A stretch of 24,237 nucleotides of DNA from a virus. Its lineage: Duplodnaviria; Caudoviricetes. The DNA lies in IMG/VR virus record IMGVR_UViG_3300020044_000139, positions 1 to 24,237 of that record; one strand, written 5' to 3'. Both the position numbers and the translations under genes were made by a program. Below the pieces are notes generated by a model that saw only the letters and a program-made list of their open reading frames with translations, was not told where the DNA came from and did no database searches. This document shows positions 15,624-24,237 of this stretch, piece after piece (within the stretch, counting starts at the first letter, position 1; every line of letters starts with the position of its first letter).

Positions 15624-18004
15624 GCGCTTTAAACAACAGCCCATTATTAGGGGCATCAGGTAGCCAAGGTTATTTCTTGCAGCGTAGTGTACGACTGCGG
15701 TCGAGTGCGTCTGCTTATTTTAATAGAACACCTACTGTTGCAGGTAATCAACAAAGGTTTACTTGGTCTGGATGGGTTAAAAGAGGGACTATAACAAATG
15801 GGTATCAGCCTTTATTTATGGGCGGCAATACAACCACTGACACAACGTTAGCTATTATCTTTAACAATACAGATACTATTCGAATATGTGGATATAACAC
15901 TAGTTTTATTATTACAAATGCTGTTTATCGTGATCCGTCTGCTTGGTATCATATAGTAGTTGCTGTAGATACTACACAAGCAACTTCAACAAATAGAGTT
16001 CTTTTATATGTAAATGGTGTACAAGTTACAGCGTCAACATACGTGGCCCCTTCTCTAAATGCAAATTTTTTAGTTAATACGGCCGTACTACATACACAAG
16101 GTACTCAATCTGTTTCATGGGGCTTTAACTATTTTGACGGATACCTAGAAGAAATAAATTTTATTGACGGTCAACAATTAACAGCTACATCATTTGGTGA
16201 GTTCAATACATTAACAGGCGTATGGCAACCTAAAAAATACGGTGGCACTTACGGCACTAACGGTTTCTACCTTAACTTCCAAGATAACTCTGGTGCTACT
16301 GCTACGACTATCGGTAAAGACTCTAGCGGTAACGGTAACAACTGGACACCAAACAATATATCTGTCACTGCGGGTGTAACGTATGATTCAATGACAGATG
16401 TGCCTACGTTGACTAGTGTTACTCAATCAAATTTTGCTGTAATGAATCCATTAAAAAATACAGCAACATTATCAAATGCAAATTTGACTTTATCCAATGC
16501 AGCATCATCAGGTTATTACACATCGTATGGAACGATGGAAATGACTTCTGGAAAATATTATTGGGAAGTTGCTGCTCTTGATGACGGTATTAATGCAGCT
16601 TTTTCTGGGTTTGGAATTGCAGACCCGACTATTGCATTAACTTCAATAGGAACAAGTGTTGCAAACACTCCTGCTAATAATTCTAGAGGTTGGATGCAAA
16701 CGGCTCGTTCTTCTATTTCTGTATATGGTAATGGTTTATACAATAGTGGCGCAGCAGTTAATTCAACAACAAGAGCAACTACCACAGGCACAAGAATTTT
16801 TATGGTTGCCTATGATGCTAACACTGGAAAGTGTTGGATGGGTTATGAAGGCACTTGGTGGACTGGTGACCCTGCCGCAGGAACAAGTCAATATTTTACT
16901 GCTACTGCTCCAATGATGCCTTTTGTTGTTACTTATAACGATGGTTCAAATTCAAATTTATTAAGAAATATAAATTTTGGTCAACGCCCATTTAGCTACA
17001 CACCGCCTACAGGATTTGTAGCACTTAATACATATAACTTACCTACGCCTACTATTAGTAATGGTGCTACACAAATGGCAGCTACGCTATACACAGGCAC
17101 AGGTTCAACTCAAAACATATCAAATGCAGTAAATGGCATTTCATTCCAACCTAACTTAGTATGGATGAAGTCTCGTAGCAACGTAAATAACAACCAACTT
17201 CAAGATTCAGTGCGTGGTGCTACAAATCGAGTATTTTCAAATGCTAGTGACGCACAATCAACAAGCGCAACATCTTTAACTTCGTTTAATAGTAATGGAT
17301 TTACTGTTGATGTGGATGCCAATGTCAACGGTAGCGGAGTAACATTTGTTGCATGGCAATGGAAAGAAAGTGCGTCCTCTGGGTTTGATATTGTTGTTCA
17401 AACACTTGCTACGACAGGCATTAACACAATTACCCATAATCTTGGAGTTATTCCAAAAATGGTTCTTGCTAAGAGAACTAATGGAGTTGAGCAATGGTTG
17501 GTGTATCAATCTTCAGTTACAACTCAATCTCAATATCTTGGATTAAACACAACTGCGGCAGTTGCAACATCTGCAAACTTGTGGGGTTCTTCTGCGTTTA
17601 CATCATCCCAAATTTACTTTAATGGTACATCTGGTAACGCTTATGTGTTTTATATATTTGCTGATATAGCAGGATTTTCTAAGTTTGGTTCATACACTGG
17701 TAATGGTTCTACTGATGGGCCATTTGTGTATTTAGGATTTAGACCTAGATGGATTATGTATAAGCGTACAGATTCTACTGGCTCTTGGTGCATTTTGGAT
17801 ACATCAAGAAATCAATACAATCTTAATAATCTTTATTTGTTTGCAGATTTATCTAACGCAGAAACTGCTGCGGGTGGTGGTATTGATATACTTTCAAATG
17901 GTTTTAAATTAAGAATTAATACTCCTGAATCAAATGCATCAGGTGGCACATACATATTTGCCGCATTTGCAGAAAATCCGTTCAAAAATAGTTTAGCTAG
18001 ATAA
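15620..18004 (+). CDS. Large receptor-binding / fibre protein with ConA-like (LamG) and SPRY-like domains (794 aa)
   Basis: FTWSGWVKRG...RDPSAWYHIVVAVDTT..LYVNG..FDGYLEEINFIDG (LamG-like), SGKYYWEV...MVAYDA..GK.W (SPRY-like), and C-terminal YTG.G / HNLG..P / FGSYTGNG repeats. Confidence 0.85.
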   Translation: MSALNNSPLLGASGSQGYFLQRSVRLRSSASAYFNRTPTVAGNQQRFTWSGWVKRGTITNGYQPLFMGGNTTTDTTLAIIFNNTDTIRICGYNTSFIITNAVYRDPSAWYHIVVAVDTTQATSTNRVLLYVNGVQVTASTYVAPSLNANFLVNTAVLHTQGTQSVSWGFNYFDGYLEEINFIDGQQLTATSFGEFNTLTGVWQPKKYGGTYGTNGFYLNFQDNSGATATTIGKDSSGNGNNWTPNNISVTAGVTYDSMTDVPTLTSVTQSNFAVMNPLKNTATLSNANLTLSNAASSGYYTSYGTMEMTSGKYYWEVAALDDGINAAFSGFGIADPTIALTSIGTSVANTPANNSRGWMQTARSSISVYGNGLYNSGAAVNSTTRATTTGTRIFMVAYDANTGKCWMGYEGTWWTGDPAAGTSQYFTATAPMMPFVVTYNDGSNSNLLRNINFGQRPFSYTPPTGFVALNTYNLPTPTISNGATQMAATLYTGTGSTQNISNAVNGISFQPNLVWMKSRSNVNNNQLQDSVRGATNRVFSNASDAQSTSATSLTSFNSNGFTVDVDANVNGSGVTFVAWQWKESASSGFDIVVQTLATTGINTITHNLGVIPKMVLAKRTNGVEQWLVYQSSVTTQSQYLGLNTTAAVATSANLWGSSAFTSSQIYFNGTSGNAYVFYIFADIAGFSKFGSYTGNGSTDGPFVYLGFRPRWIMYKRTDSTGSWCILDTSRNQYNLNNLYLFADLSNAETAAGGGIDILSNGFKLRINTPESNASGGTYIFAAFAENPFKNSLAR

Positions 18005-18013
18005 GGAAAAATT

Positions 18014-18538
18014 ATGTTCGCAATAGTACAAAACGGAATCATTATGCTGCTCGTTCAGGCAGGCGTACCCTTTGAATGGGACGGTGTTTTTTATCCAGCA
18101 AACTGGACTAACCTATCTACACCTGAAGACAAAGCTGCTATAGGTATGGTTGATGTGGTGTATGGTCAGCAAGCTAATGACCAATACTACTGGGTAAGCC
18201 AGAACGAACCTGTATACAACGAAGAGACGAATCAGGTAGACATTAACTTTACTAACACGCCTAAAGACTTGACTACCGTTAAGACAAGCTCTGTACAACA
18301 GATCAACAGCACAGCGTATTCTATTCTCCTGCCGACTGATTGGATGGTAGTAAAGGCGATAGAGACTAGCACGACTGTACCTGCTGATTGGAATACATGG
18401 CGAGAGTCTATTAGGACTACCGCTGCGACTGCTACGACTGCAATAGATAGTGCGGCTGATGTAGATGCTGTAGCTGAGATTGTGCAAAGTGTTGTATGGC
18501 CTTTATCCCCAGATCAAATTGTTGTTGAACAGGAGTAA
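18014..18538 (+). CDS. Putative tail fibre assembly chaperone (174 aa)
   Basis: AAGGA RBS. YPANW motif and C-terminal LLPTDWMVVK......VPADW.TWRESIR...WP, like phage tail assembly chaperones. Confidence 0.72.
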   Translation: MFAIVQNGIIMLLVQAGVPFEWDGVFYPANWTNLSTPEDKAAIGMVDVVYGQQANDQYYWVSQNEPVYNEETNQVDINFTNTPKDLTTVKTSSVQQINSTAYSILLPTDWMVVKAIETSTTVPADWNTWRESIRTTAATATTAIDSAADVDAVAEIVQSVVWPLSPDQIVVEQE

Positions 18539-18541
18539 GAC

Positions 18542-19633
18542 ATGGCTTTAACAACCGTACAGTCTGGGATGATGGATAGCGTTGCCCAGTACAATGGATT
18601 TAAAAATCGGATTATCAACGGTGCGATGCAAATAGATCAGCGTAATGCTGGAGCTTTAAATACAAATGCAAATGGGTACATCACAGATAGATTTTATGTT
18701 GCCCAAACAACAAACGGAAAATTAAACGCGCAACAAAATTTAAACTCCGTAACTCCACCAGCAGGTTTTACTAATTATTTAGGCGTAACTGTGGTAAGCG
18801 CCTATTCAGTTACATCATCTGATATTTACTACATCAATCAACCAATAGAGGGGTATAACACCGCAGACTTTGCATTTGGAACTGCATCTGCTGCTACGGT
18901 AACTTTATCCTTTTGGGTTCGTTCAAGTTTAACTGGAACATTTGGCGTTCGTTTAATAAATTCAGCAGGTAATAGAAGTTATGTTGCTACATATAACATT
19001 TCTTCCGCAAATACTTGGGAACAAAAGTCAGTAACAATACCCGGTGACACAACAGGTACTTGGATTGGGGCAACTAATGGCATAGGTATACAAGTTTTAT
19101 GGACTTTAGCAGCGGGTAGTAATTTTCAATCAACTGCTAATTCTTGGCAGAATGGTAATTACACAACCACCTCAGCGCAAACACAACTTGTCGGCACTAA
19201 CGGAGCTACGTTCTACATTACTGGCGTACAACTAGAGAAGGGTGTTACAGCTACTAGCTTTGATTGCAGGCCAATTACAACTGAACTGCAACTTTGTCAG
19301 AGGTATTATGAAAAGACGTATGCACAAGGCGTAGCCCCCGGTACTGCTGGTGTTGTTGGGTATAACACAAATGGCGGTTTGACTAACTTAAATACAGCAG
19401 CACATGGTTGTCGTGGATATTCAAGTTTTAGAGTAATAAAACGTGCAACACCTACAGTTGTTTGTTATGACACGCTTGGTAATAATGGAAAAGTTAATTT
19501 CCCAGATACAACAGCCAATGTCACAATTGGTTATCAAGATCAAGTTGATTCTGGATTTATTGTTGAGGCGGCTTCAGCATCAAGTGCTGATGGAAGAATG
19601 TATTGGCATTGGACTGCAACTGCGGAGCTATAA
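18542..19633 (+). CDS. Tail fibre / receptor-binding protein, paralogue B2 (363 aa)
   Basis: AGGAG RBS. Same conserved boxes as 13530-14651, with a different N-terminal 12-22 residues and a divergent C-terminal region after CQRYY. Confidence 0.8.
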   Translation: MALTTVQSGMMDSVAQYNGFKNRIINGAMQIDQRNAGALNTNANGYITDRFYVAQTTNGKLNAQQNLNSVTPPAGFTNYLGVTVVSAYSVTSSDIYYINQPIEGYNTADFAFGTASAATVTLSFWVRSSLTGTFGVRLINSAGNRSYVATYNISSANTWEQKSVTIPGDTTGTWIGATNGIGIQVLWTLAAGSNFQSTANSWQNGNYTTTSAQTQLVGTNGATFYITGVQLEKGVTATSFDCRPITTELQLCQRYYEKTYAQGVAPGTAGVVGYNTNGGLTNLNTAAHGCRGYSSFRVIKRATPTVVCYDTLGNNGKVNFPDTTANVTIGYQDQVDSGFIVEAASASSADGRMYWHWTATAEL

Positions 19634-19789
19634 ATGTATAAATTAATAAACGATCCTTTATTGAAAATACCAACAGGCGTATGGCGACTATCGGATATGG
19701 CTTGTGTACCGCTTGACCCAGCAAATACAGACTATCAAACCTACCTAGCTTGGATTGCCGAGGGCAATGAACCTTTACCAGCGGATTAA
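19634..19789 (+). CDS. Small putative fibre chaperone (51 aa, MYKLIND...[27 protein letters not shown]), not in ORF track
   Basis: Same 16-nt junction CGGAGCTATAAATGTA as at 14641. Stop TAA at 19787-19789. Confidence 0.88.
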   Translation: MYKLINDPLLKIPTGVWRLSDMACVPLDPANTDYQTYLAWIAEGNEPLPAD

Positions 19790-20016
19790 TGATCATGGAA
19801 AATCAACTTGTATTTAATTGTATTGTTGGCATCGCTGGCTTTCTGCTTGTGTTTGTATTTAACTCTATTACTAGAAAGCTTCAAAAGATTGAAGACACAT
19901 TAACATCTCTGCCTAAAGAGTATGTGCAAAAGGACGACTACCGTGCTGATATTACGGAGATTAAATCTATCCTGAAACAAATATTCGATAAACTAGACTC
20001 AAAGCAAGACAAATGA
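19789..20016 (+). CDS. Small membrane-anchored coiled-coil protein (lysis-cassette associated)
   Basis: N-terminal hydrophobic helix (LVFNCIVGIAGFLLVFVF) followed by LPKEYVQKDDY..DI.EIK..L..IFDKLD. The start could be 19789 or 19795. Confidence 0.7.
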   Translation: MIMENQLVFNCIVGIAGFLLVFVFNSITRKLQKIEDTLTSLPKEYVQKDDYRADITEIKSILKQIFDKLDSKQDK

Positions 20017-20025
20017 GGATGAATC

Positions 20026-20646
20026 ATGATCGACCCGATGACCATAGGGTTAGCTATACAGGGCGTAAAGCTAGTAATCAATAGCATTAAGTCTGCGGCT
20101 GACGAGGCGAAAGAAGCAGTAGAAAGTGTTCAGGAGTGTGTCGAGTCAGGAAGAAAACTAGGCGAATCACTTTCACCGATAAAAAAGTTTTTCACGGCAG
20201 CAAGCAAATACGAGTCTAGCCGTACTCAGTTAGAAGAAGCAAAGAAGGCGCAAGATGAAGCAATAGCAGACGGTCGACATGTACCTGATGCAATCTCCGA
20301 TGCAGAATACGTCATGGAAATGATGGCAATAGATCGAGAGATTAAACAGTATTACGCTCAGATCAAACACTACTTTATCTATAACTTTGATGAAGCGGGG
20401 ATGTGGGACGAATTCTCTGAAGGGCTGATCCGACTACGGAAGCAACGAGAAGAGAAAGCAGAAGAAGCAAGAAAAGCAGCGACCGAAGCTAGGCTCGCAA
20501 TAGCCGCTGAAAAGATGCGGAAAAAACGACAAAGACAAAAAACTATGGGTGTCATTTACAACTGTGTAGGTGCCATCGTGATTGCGATAATCATTGCAGG
20601 GTTTGCGGTGTTTATTAATTGGATGTTTAATCAGGGGGCGCAATGA
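20026..20646 (+). CDS. Coiled-coil membrane protein of unknown function (206 aa)
   Basis: Amphipathic N-terminus MIDPMTIGLAI, charged coiled coil, basic patch, then a C-terminal TM helix. Confidence 0.7.
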   Translation: MIDPMTIGLAIQGVKLVINSIKSAADEAKEAVESVQECVESGRKLGESLSPIKKFFTAASKYESSRTQLEEAKKAQDEAIADGRHVPDAISDAEYVMEMMAIDREIKQYYAQIKHYFIYNFDEAGMWDEFSEGLIRLRKQREEKAEEARKAATEARLAIAAEKMRKKRQRQKTMGVIYNCVGAIVIAIIIAGFAVFINWMFNQGAQ

Positions 20647-20909
20647 ACTTTAAGATGGAAGACATATTGAAGGCATTAGTGCCTATGTTGGTGTCTGCAA
20701 TTATCTGGCTGCTTAACCAAGTAGGCTCTTTCAATGAGCGCCTAGTAAAGATAGAAGGGCAGATGCCAGCACTGATTACTCCACAAGGTGTGCCAACTGA
20801 TAGCCCATTATCTGCAGAGCAAAGACATAAACTAAAAGAAGCAATATACAACGACATCCACGACTTACAAGTACGTATCAAACTTATGGAAGAAAGAGGT
20901 AAAAAATGA
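20643..20909 (+). CDS. Small membrane protein (88 aa)
   Basis: ATGA overlaps at both ends, N-terminal hydrophobic helix, C-terminal coiled coil. Confidence 0.7.
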   Translation: MNFKMEDILKALVPMLVSAIIWLLNQVGSFNERLVKIEGQMPALITPQGVPTDSPLSAEQRHKLKEAIYNDIHDLQVRIKLMEERGKK

Positions 20910-21391
20910 TGACATTAATTTCCACCGCACTATCTTTTGTGATGGGCGGTTTGCCAAAGTTACTAGATTTCTTTCAGGACAAGTCTGATAAGAAGCATGA
21001 GCTACAACTAGCCCAGATGCAGATGGATCAACAGATGCGTATGCAAGCTGCAGGCTTCCAGTCTCAGGAGCGCATAGAAGAGATTAAGACGCACCAGATC
21101 GAAATACAGACCGCTGGTGAAGAGCGAGTAGCTCTGTATCAGCATGACATAGCAATCGGTCAGGGAGCTTCTCAGTGGATTATTGATTTACGTGCTTCTG
21201 TGCGCCCTGTAGTGACTTACTTATTTGTATTCTTGTTAATTATTGTAGATGTGGCAAGTATCTGGTGGGCTTGGTCTACTGGCGTTCCATTCTTAGAGGC
21301 AATTACCCAAGTATTTGACACAGACGAGATGCAGATTCTGGCTTCCATTATTGCGTTTTGGTTCGGTACTCAGGCGTTTAGCAAAAAATGA
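20906..21391 (+). CDS. Putative holin (3-TM, GTA-holin-like)
   Basis: N-terminal hydrophobic helix, DKKHEL coil, W...LRASVRPVVTY plus a TM helix, and IIAFWFG C-terminus. Directly upstream of the lysozyme. Confidence 0.72.
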   Translation: MMTLISTALSFVMGGLPKLLDFFQDKSDKKHELQLAQMQMDQQMRMQAAGFQSQERIEEIKTHQIEIQTAGEERVALYQHDIAIGQGASQWIIDLRASVRPVVTYLFVFLLIIVDVASIWWAWSTGVPFLEAITQVFDTDEMQILASIIAFWFGTQAFSKK

Positions 21392-21888
21392 ACGTCTCAG
21401 AAAAATGCATAGCGTCTATTAAGGTGAATGAAGGGGTAAGGATGAAACCTTACCTCGATCACATCTTGTTGTGGACAACTGGCGTGGGACATTTAATAGC
21501 CCCGCCAGAGCACATGAAAATGACGCTTGATGAACGCAAAGCTGCCAAGGCTAAAGGGCTGTTGACATGCCCTAAAGAGTGGGATAGAACTTTGACAATG
21601 AGTGAGGTTGATGAGATACTCAAACGTGACTTACAGCGCTTTGAATCTGGCGTTTTACGGTATTGTCCTGTGGGGCTTACTCAGGGTAGGTTTGATGGCT
21701 TGGTTTCGTTCTCCTTCAATTGTGGACTTGGCTCTTTGCAAAGATCAAGTATCAGAATGCGTCACAATCGTGGGGACTATGAAGGTGCAGCGGAAGGTTT
21801 TTTGCTGTACACGAAAGCCGCAGGAATTGTAAATAAAGGTCTTGTACGTCGTCGCAACGAAGAACGTGCAATGTATTTATCAAGGTGA
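21388..21888 (+). CDS. Endolysin, GH24 phage lysozyme
   Basis: E-x8-D-x5-T catalytic triad (EGVRMKPYLDHILLWT), TGVGH, FDGLVSFSFNCG and GLVRRRNEERAMYL. Confidence 0.93.
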   Translation: MNVSEKCIASIKVNEGVRMKPYLDHILLWTTGVGHLIAPPEHMKMTLDERKAAKAKGLLTCPKEWDRTLTMSEVDEILKRDLQRFESGVLRYCPVGLTQGRFDGLVSFSFNCGLGSLQRSSIRMRHNRGDYEGAAEGFLLYTKAAGIVNKGLVRRRNEERAMYLSR

Positions 21889-21891
21889 TAT

Positions 21892-22527
21892 ATGACAGTC
21901 GCAGCCGTAATGACCTACGATTCTTTGGTAGCAGATATTTCTAGCTACCTAGAGCGTACAGACACCCAAACACTTGAGAAAATCCCAACTTTCATTATGC
22001 TCGCTGAGCAGGTTATTGCGTCTCAGATCAAGTTCCTAGGTAACCTGACAGTTAACGAAAGCACAATGGTTCAGGGTACCAATATTATTGCTAAGCCTGC
22101 TAGATGGCACAAGACGGTGTCCTTGAATGTAACGGTTGACGGTATCAGACAGCCAGTATTCCTGAGAACGTATGAATACCTAAGACAATACTGGAATGAG
22201 GCAACTGAGGAAGACATCCCTAAGTATTATGCAGACTATGACTACAGCCACTGGCTAGTTGCTCCTACCCCTGCTGATGCCTATACCTTTGAGGTGCTCT
22301 ATTACGAGCGTGTGCAGCCGCTAGACTCATCAAATCAAACTAACTGGTTTACTACCTACGCTCCGCAAGCGATGCTCTACGGCTCTCTATTGCAGGCTAT
22401 GCCGTTCTTAAAGAACGATGAGCGTATGCCTATGTGGAGAGCTGAGTACGACCTGATCATTAACACCCTGAAAGCTGAAAATACACAGCGTATAGGGGAT
22501 AGACAAGCAGTAGCGGTGGACGCATGA
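21892..22527 (+). CDS. Putative head-tail adaptor / tail tubular protein A-like (211 aa)
   Basis: TYDSLVADISSYLER...IPTFIMLAE, PKYYA, VAPTPADAYTFEVLYY and TNW....AP..MLYGSL..A.PFLK adaptor-type motifs. Confidence 0.7.
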   Translation: MTVAAVMTYDSLVADISSYLERTDTQTLEKIPTFIMLAEQVIASQIKFLGNLTVNESTMVQGTNIIAKPARWHKTVSLNVTVDGIRQPVFLRTYEYLRQYWNEATEEDIPKYYADYDYSHWLVAPTPADAYTFEVLYYERVQPLDSSNQTNWFTTYAPQAMLYGSLLQAMPFLKNDERMPMWRAEYDLIINTLKAENTQRIGDRQAVAVDA

Positions 22528-23759
22528 GTTACGTTAGCCCATTTACTGGTGACGTTGTCCAACCAACGGACGTTAGTTACCGTGGTTTTAACCTTTCCGC
22601 AAATACGCAGCTAGCATGGCCCATCAACGGCAACGCTTCAGGGAATTATGCTGCTCGAATAATGGAAGTGACGGCAACGACCGCAGGTCTGACCCTTCGC
22701 ATGCCACCAGCCAACCAGACCTCGGTTGGTACAGACTCCCTAATTAGGGGATTAGGCGCTAATTCTTTTACAGTTGCTGACTATGATGGTAATGTAATTT
22801 GCACCGTAAGCGCAGGTGAAGCTAATTACATCTATATCACAGAGAATCCTGACGCTGCTGGCACTTGGGGGCTCATATTCTTTGGTGTTGGCACAGCTGA
22901 TGTAGACGCTGCAACCCTGCAGGGCTACGGTATTCTGGCTTTAGGTAGCACGCTAAACCAGAGCCACCCAACTACGGATATGGCAAATGGATATACGTTT
23001 GCTAGCACTGACCGAGCACAGGTAAAAATCTGGAATGGTGGAGCTGGCACAGCTACTTTGCCAACAGCTGCAAGCGTAGGTGACAACTGGTTCTCGTTAT
23101 TTAAGAATAACGGCACAGGTACAGTCACAATTTCTGCTGCAAGCGGTGAATTAATTGATGGAAACGCAACTAAAGACTTCCAACCTGCGGAGTCTTCCTT
23201 CCTAATATCTACTGGCACTGAGTTCATTACCATTGGTTATGGTGTAAGTACAAACTTTGTCTTTACTTCACTAGTTAAGCCTATTGCTTCAGGTACCTAC
23301 AACCTAACGCCTAATGAAGCGCAAAATACGATTCAGCAATTCATTGGCACCTTAACTGGTAATGTGACTGTTAATTACCCGCCAGCGGTAAATATTTATG
23401 TTGTTAGTAACCAGACGATAGACAACGGTTACACGCTTACCTTAACTACTGGCATCCCTAGTAGTGCGACTGCGATTATCCCTGTAGGTCAGCAAGCTAC
23501 GTTGATCTGTGATGGCACCAATATGTTGAATGCCAACACGATTTCTGCGGGTGCTACTGCGATTACCTTAATTAATGGTACCGAAACAAGTCCATCACTG
23601 AGCTTTGCGTTTGAGCCTTCTACTGGTATTTATAGACCTACTGCTGGTGAAATGAACATCACGATACTAGGTAATGATCTAGTGGAATACACCGCTGCAG
23701 GGATGAATGTAATTGGTACTGGAAATTTTGAAGACGGAATTTTTGGGGGTACCTTTTAA
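22524..23759 (+). CDS. Putative tail structural protein (411 aa)
   Basis: ATGA overlap. Thr/Gly-rich beta protein with TLPTAASVGDNW..KNNGTGTVTI...IDG and GT.TSPSLSF...STGIYR fibre-like motifs. Confidence 0.7.
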   Translation: MSYVSPFTGDVVQPTDVSYRGFNLSANTQLAWPINGNASGNYAARIMEVTATTAGLTLRMPPANQTSVGTDSLIRGLGANSFTVADYDGNVICTVSAGEANYIYITENPDAAGTWGLIFFGVGTADVDAATLQGYGILALGSTLNQSHPTTDMANGYTFASTDRAQVKIWNGGAGTATLPTAASVGDNWFSLFKNNGTGTVTISAASGELIDGNATKDFQPAESSFLISTGTEFITIGYGVSTNFVFTSLVKPIASGTYNLTPNEAQNTIQQFIGTLTGNVTVNYPPAVNIYVVSNQTIDNGYTLTLTTGIPSSATAIIPVGQQATLICDGTNMLNANTISAGATAITLINGTETSPSLSFAFEPSTGIYRPTAGEMNITILGNDLVEYTAAGMNVIGTGNFEDGIFGGTF

Positions 23760-24237
23760 TGACTAAGAAGGTATTTGCTTTAGATACACAGCCCGGCATT
23801 CAGCGTGACGGTACTATTTTTGATAAACAGTATTACAACGATGGGAAATGGGTTCGATTCCAACGTGGTCGCCCTCGTAAGATTCTAGGCTACAAGCAGC
23901 TATCACAATATATGGCAGGCCCTTCTCGGGGCTTGTACGTCAATCCTCAAGATGGATTTAGCTTAATTTTTAACGGTTATGCAGGTGGTATGCAGGTTCT
24001 TCCAATCACTAACTCAGGCGTTGGCTCTGGTGTCAGTGATGTTGCGTTGTCTGACTTTACCCCTAGCGTTAATAACCTGTGGAAGTTTGACACCTTTTAC
24101 GATACTACAGGCGGTGGTGCAGAGAGCTTAGTTGCTCATCCTGCACAAAGCCTTAGCGATATTTCTAGCAGCACAATCACCCCAGTATTAATCGGTAGCG
24201 CTGCAGGCACTACTATGGAAGCCATGACTGATCGCGT
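23759..24237 (+). CDS. Putative tail nozzle / DNA stabilisation protein (P22 gp10-like), 3'-truncated, not in ORF track
   Basis: TAATG coupling. MTKKVFALDTQPGIQRDGT...YNDGKWVRFQRGRPRKILGY, open to the window end. The PGI.RD.T...VRF..G.P.K..G N-terminus is typical of this protein class. Confidence 0.65.
   Translation, partial: MTKKVFALDTQPGIQRDGTIFDKQYYNDGKWVRFQRGRPRKILGYKQLSQYMAGPSRGLYVNPQDGFSLIFNGYAGGMQVLPITNSGVGSGVSDVALSDFTPSVNNLWKFDTFYDTTGGGAESLVAHPAQSLSDISSSTITPVLIGSAAGTTMEAMTDR

Larger units (their letters stand above)
1..24237 (+). mobile_element. Tailed dsDNA bacteriophage (probable podovirus) structural and lysis operon
   Basis: About 35 co-oriented ORFs with ATGA/TAATG overlaps and GGAG-type RBSs. 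Portal, scaffold, capsid, adaptor, fibre, holin and lysozyme genes are recognisable. No host housekeeping genes, tape measure, sheath or integrase in the window. Confidence 0.95.

Noticed and set aside
11610-19633. Diversity-generating retroelement or invertase shufflon acting on the paralogous tip genes
   Set aside because: No reverse transcriptase or recombinase in the window. All copies are intact, co-oriented ORFs, and their differences are largely synonymous and not adenine-specific.
312-23233. Numerous minus-strand and alternative-frame ORFs in the track (e.g. 10438-10884, 14405-14752, 18113-18487, 22925-23233)
   Set aside because: They lie over well-supported plus-strand genes, show no recognisable motifs, and are the shadows expected from Thr/Ala/Gly-rich codons.
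1-24237. Stop-codon reassignment, tRNA genes, CRISPR arrays, introns or inteins
   Set aside because: Genes tile the window under the standard code using all three stops, intergenic gaps are too short, and no such motifs were seen.

Overview
The whole window is one tightly packed, plus-strand morphogenesis operon of a tailed dsDNA phage, most likely a podovirus resembling uncultured aquatic phages. The host cannot be determined from this sequence. Gene order: portal C-terminus, two small ORFs, GroES-like co-chaperonin, scaffold, head proteins and major capsid protein, Lys/Gly-rich proteins built from [LMFY][KA]xGG repeats, a head-tail adaptor with an inserted lectin-like domain, about 12 kb of modular tail-fibre, receptor-binding and chaperone genes, a lysis cassette (membrane proteins, holin, GH24 endolysin), a second adaptor and the start of a tail nozzle/DNA-stabilisation gene. 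Several real ORFs are missing from the supplied track (508-684, 14652-14825, 19634-19789, 23759-end). The most notable observations are: (1) a recurring hydrophobic-K/A-x-G-G motif that punctuates two basic proteins and sits exactly at module boundaries, suggesting di-glycine polyprotein processing or a capsid-targeting signal; (2) a multi-tip, apparently branched fibre arsenal with conserved boxes and mosaic codon usage; (3) an inverted piece of the portal gene at 1-103, probably an amplification or assembly chimera. Family assignments come from motif recognition and gene order, not from database searches.
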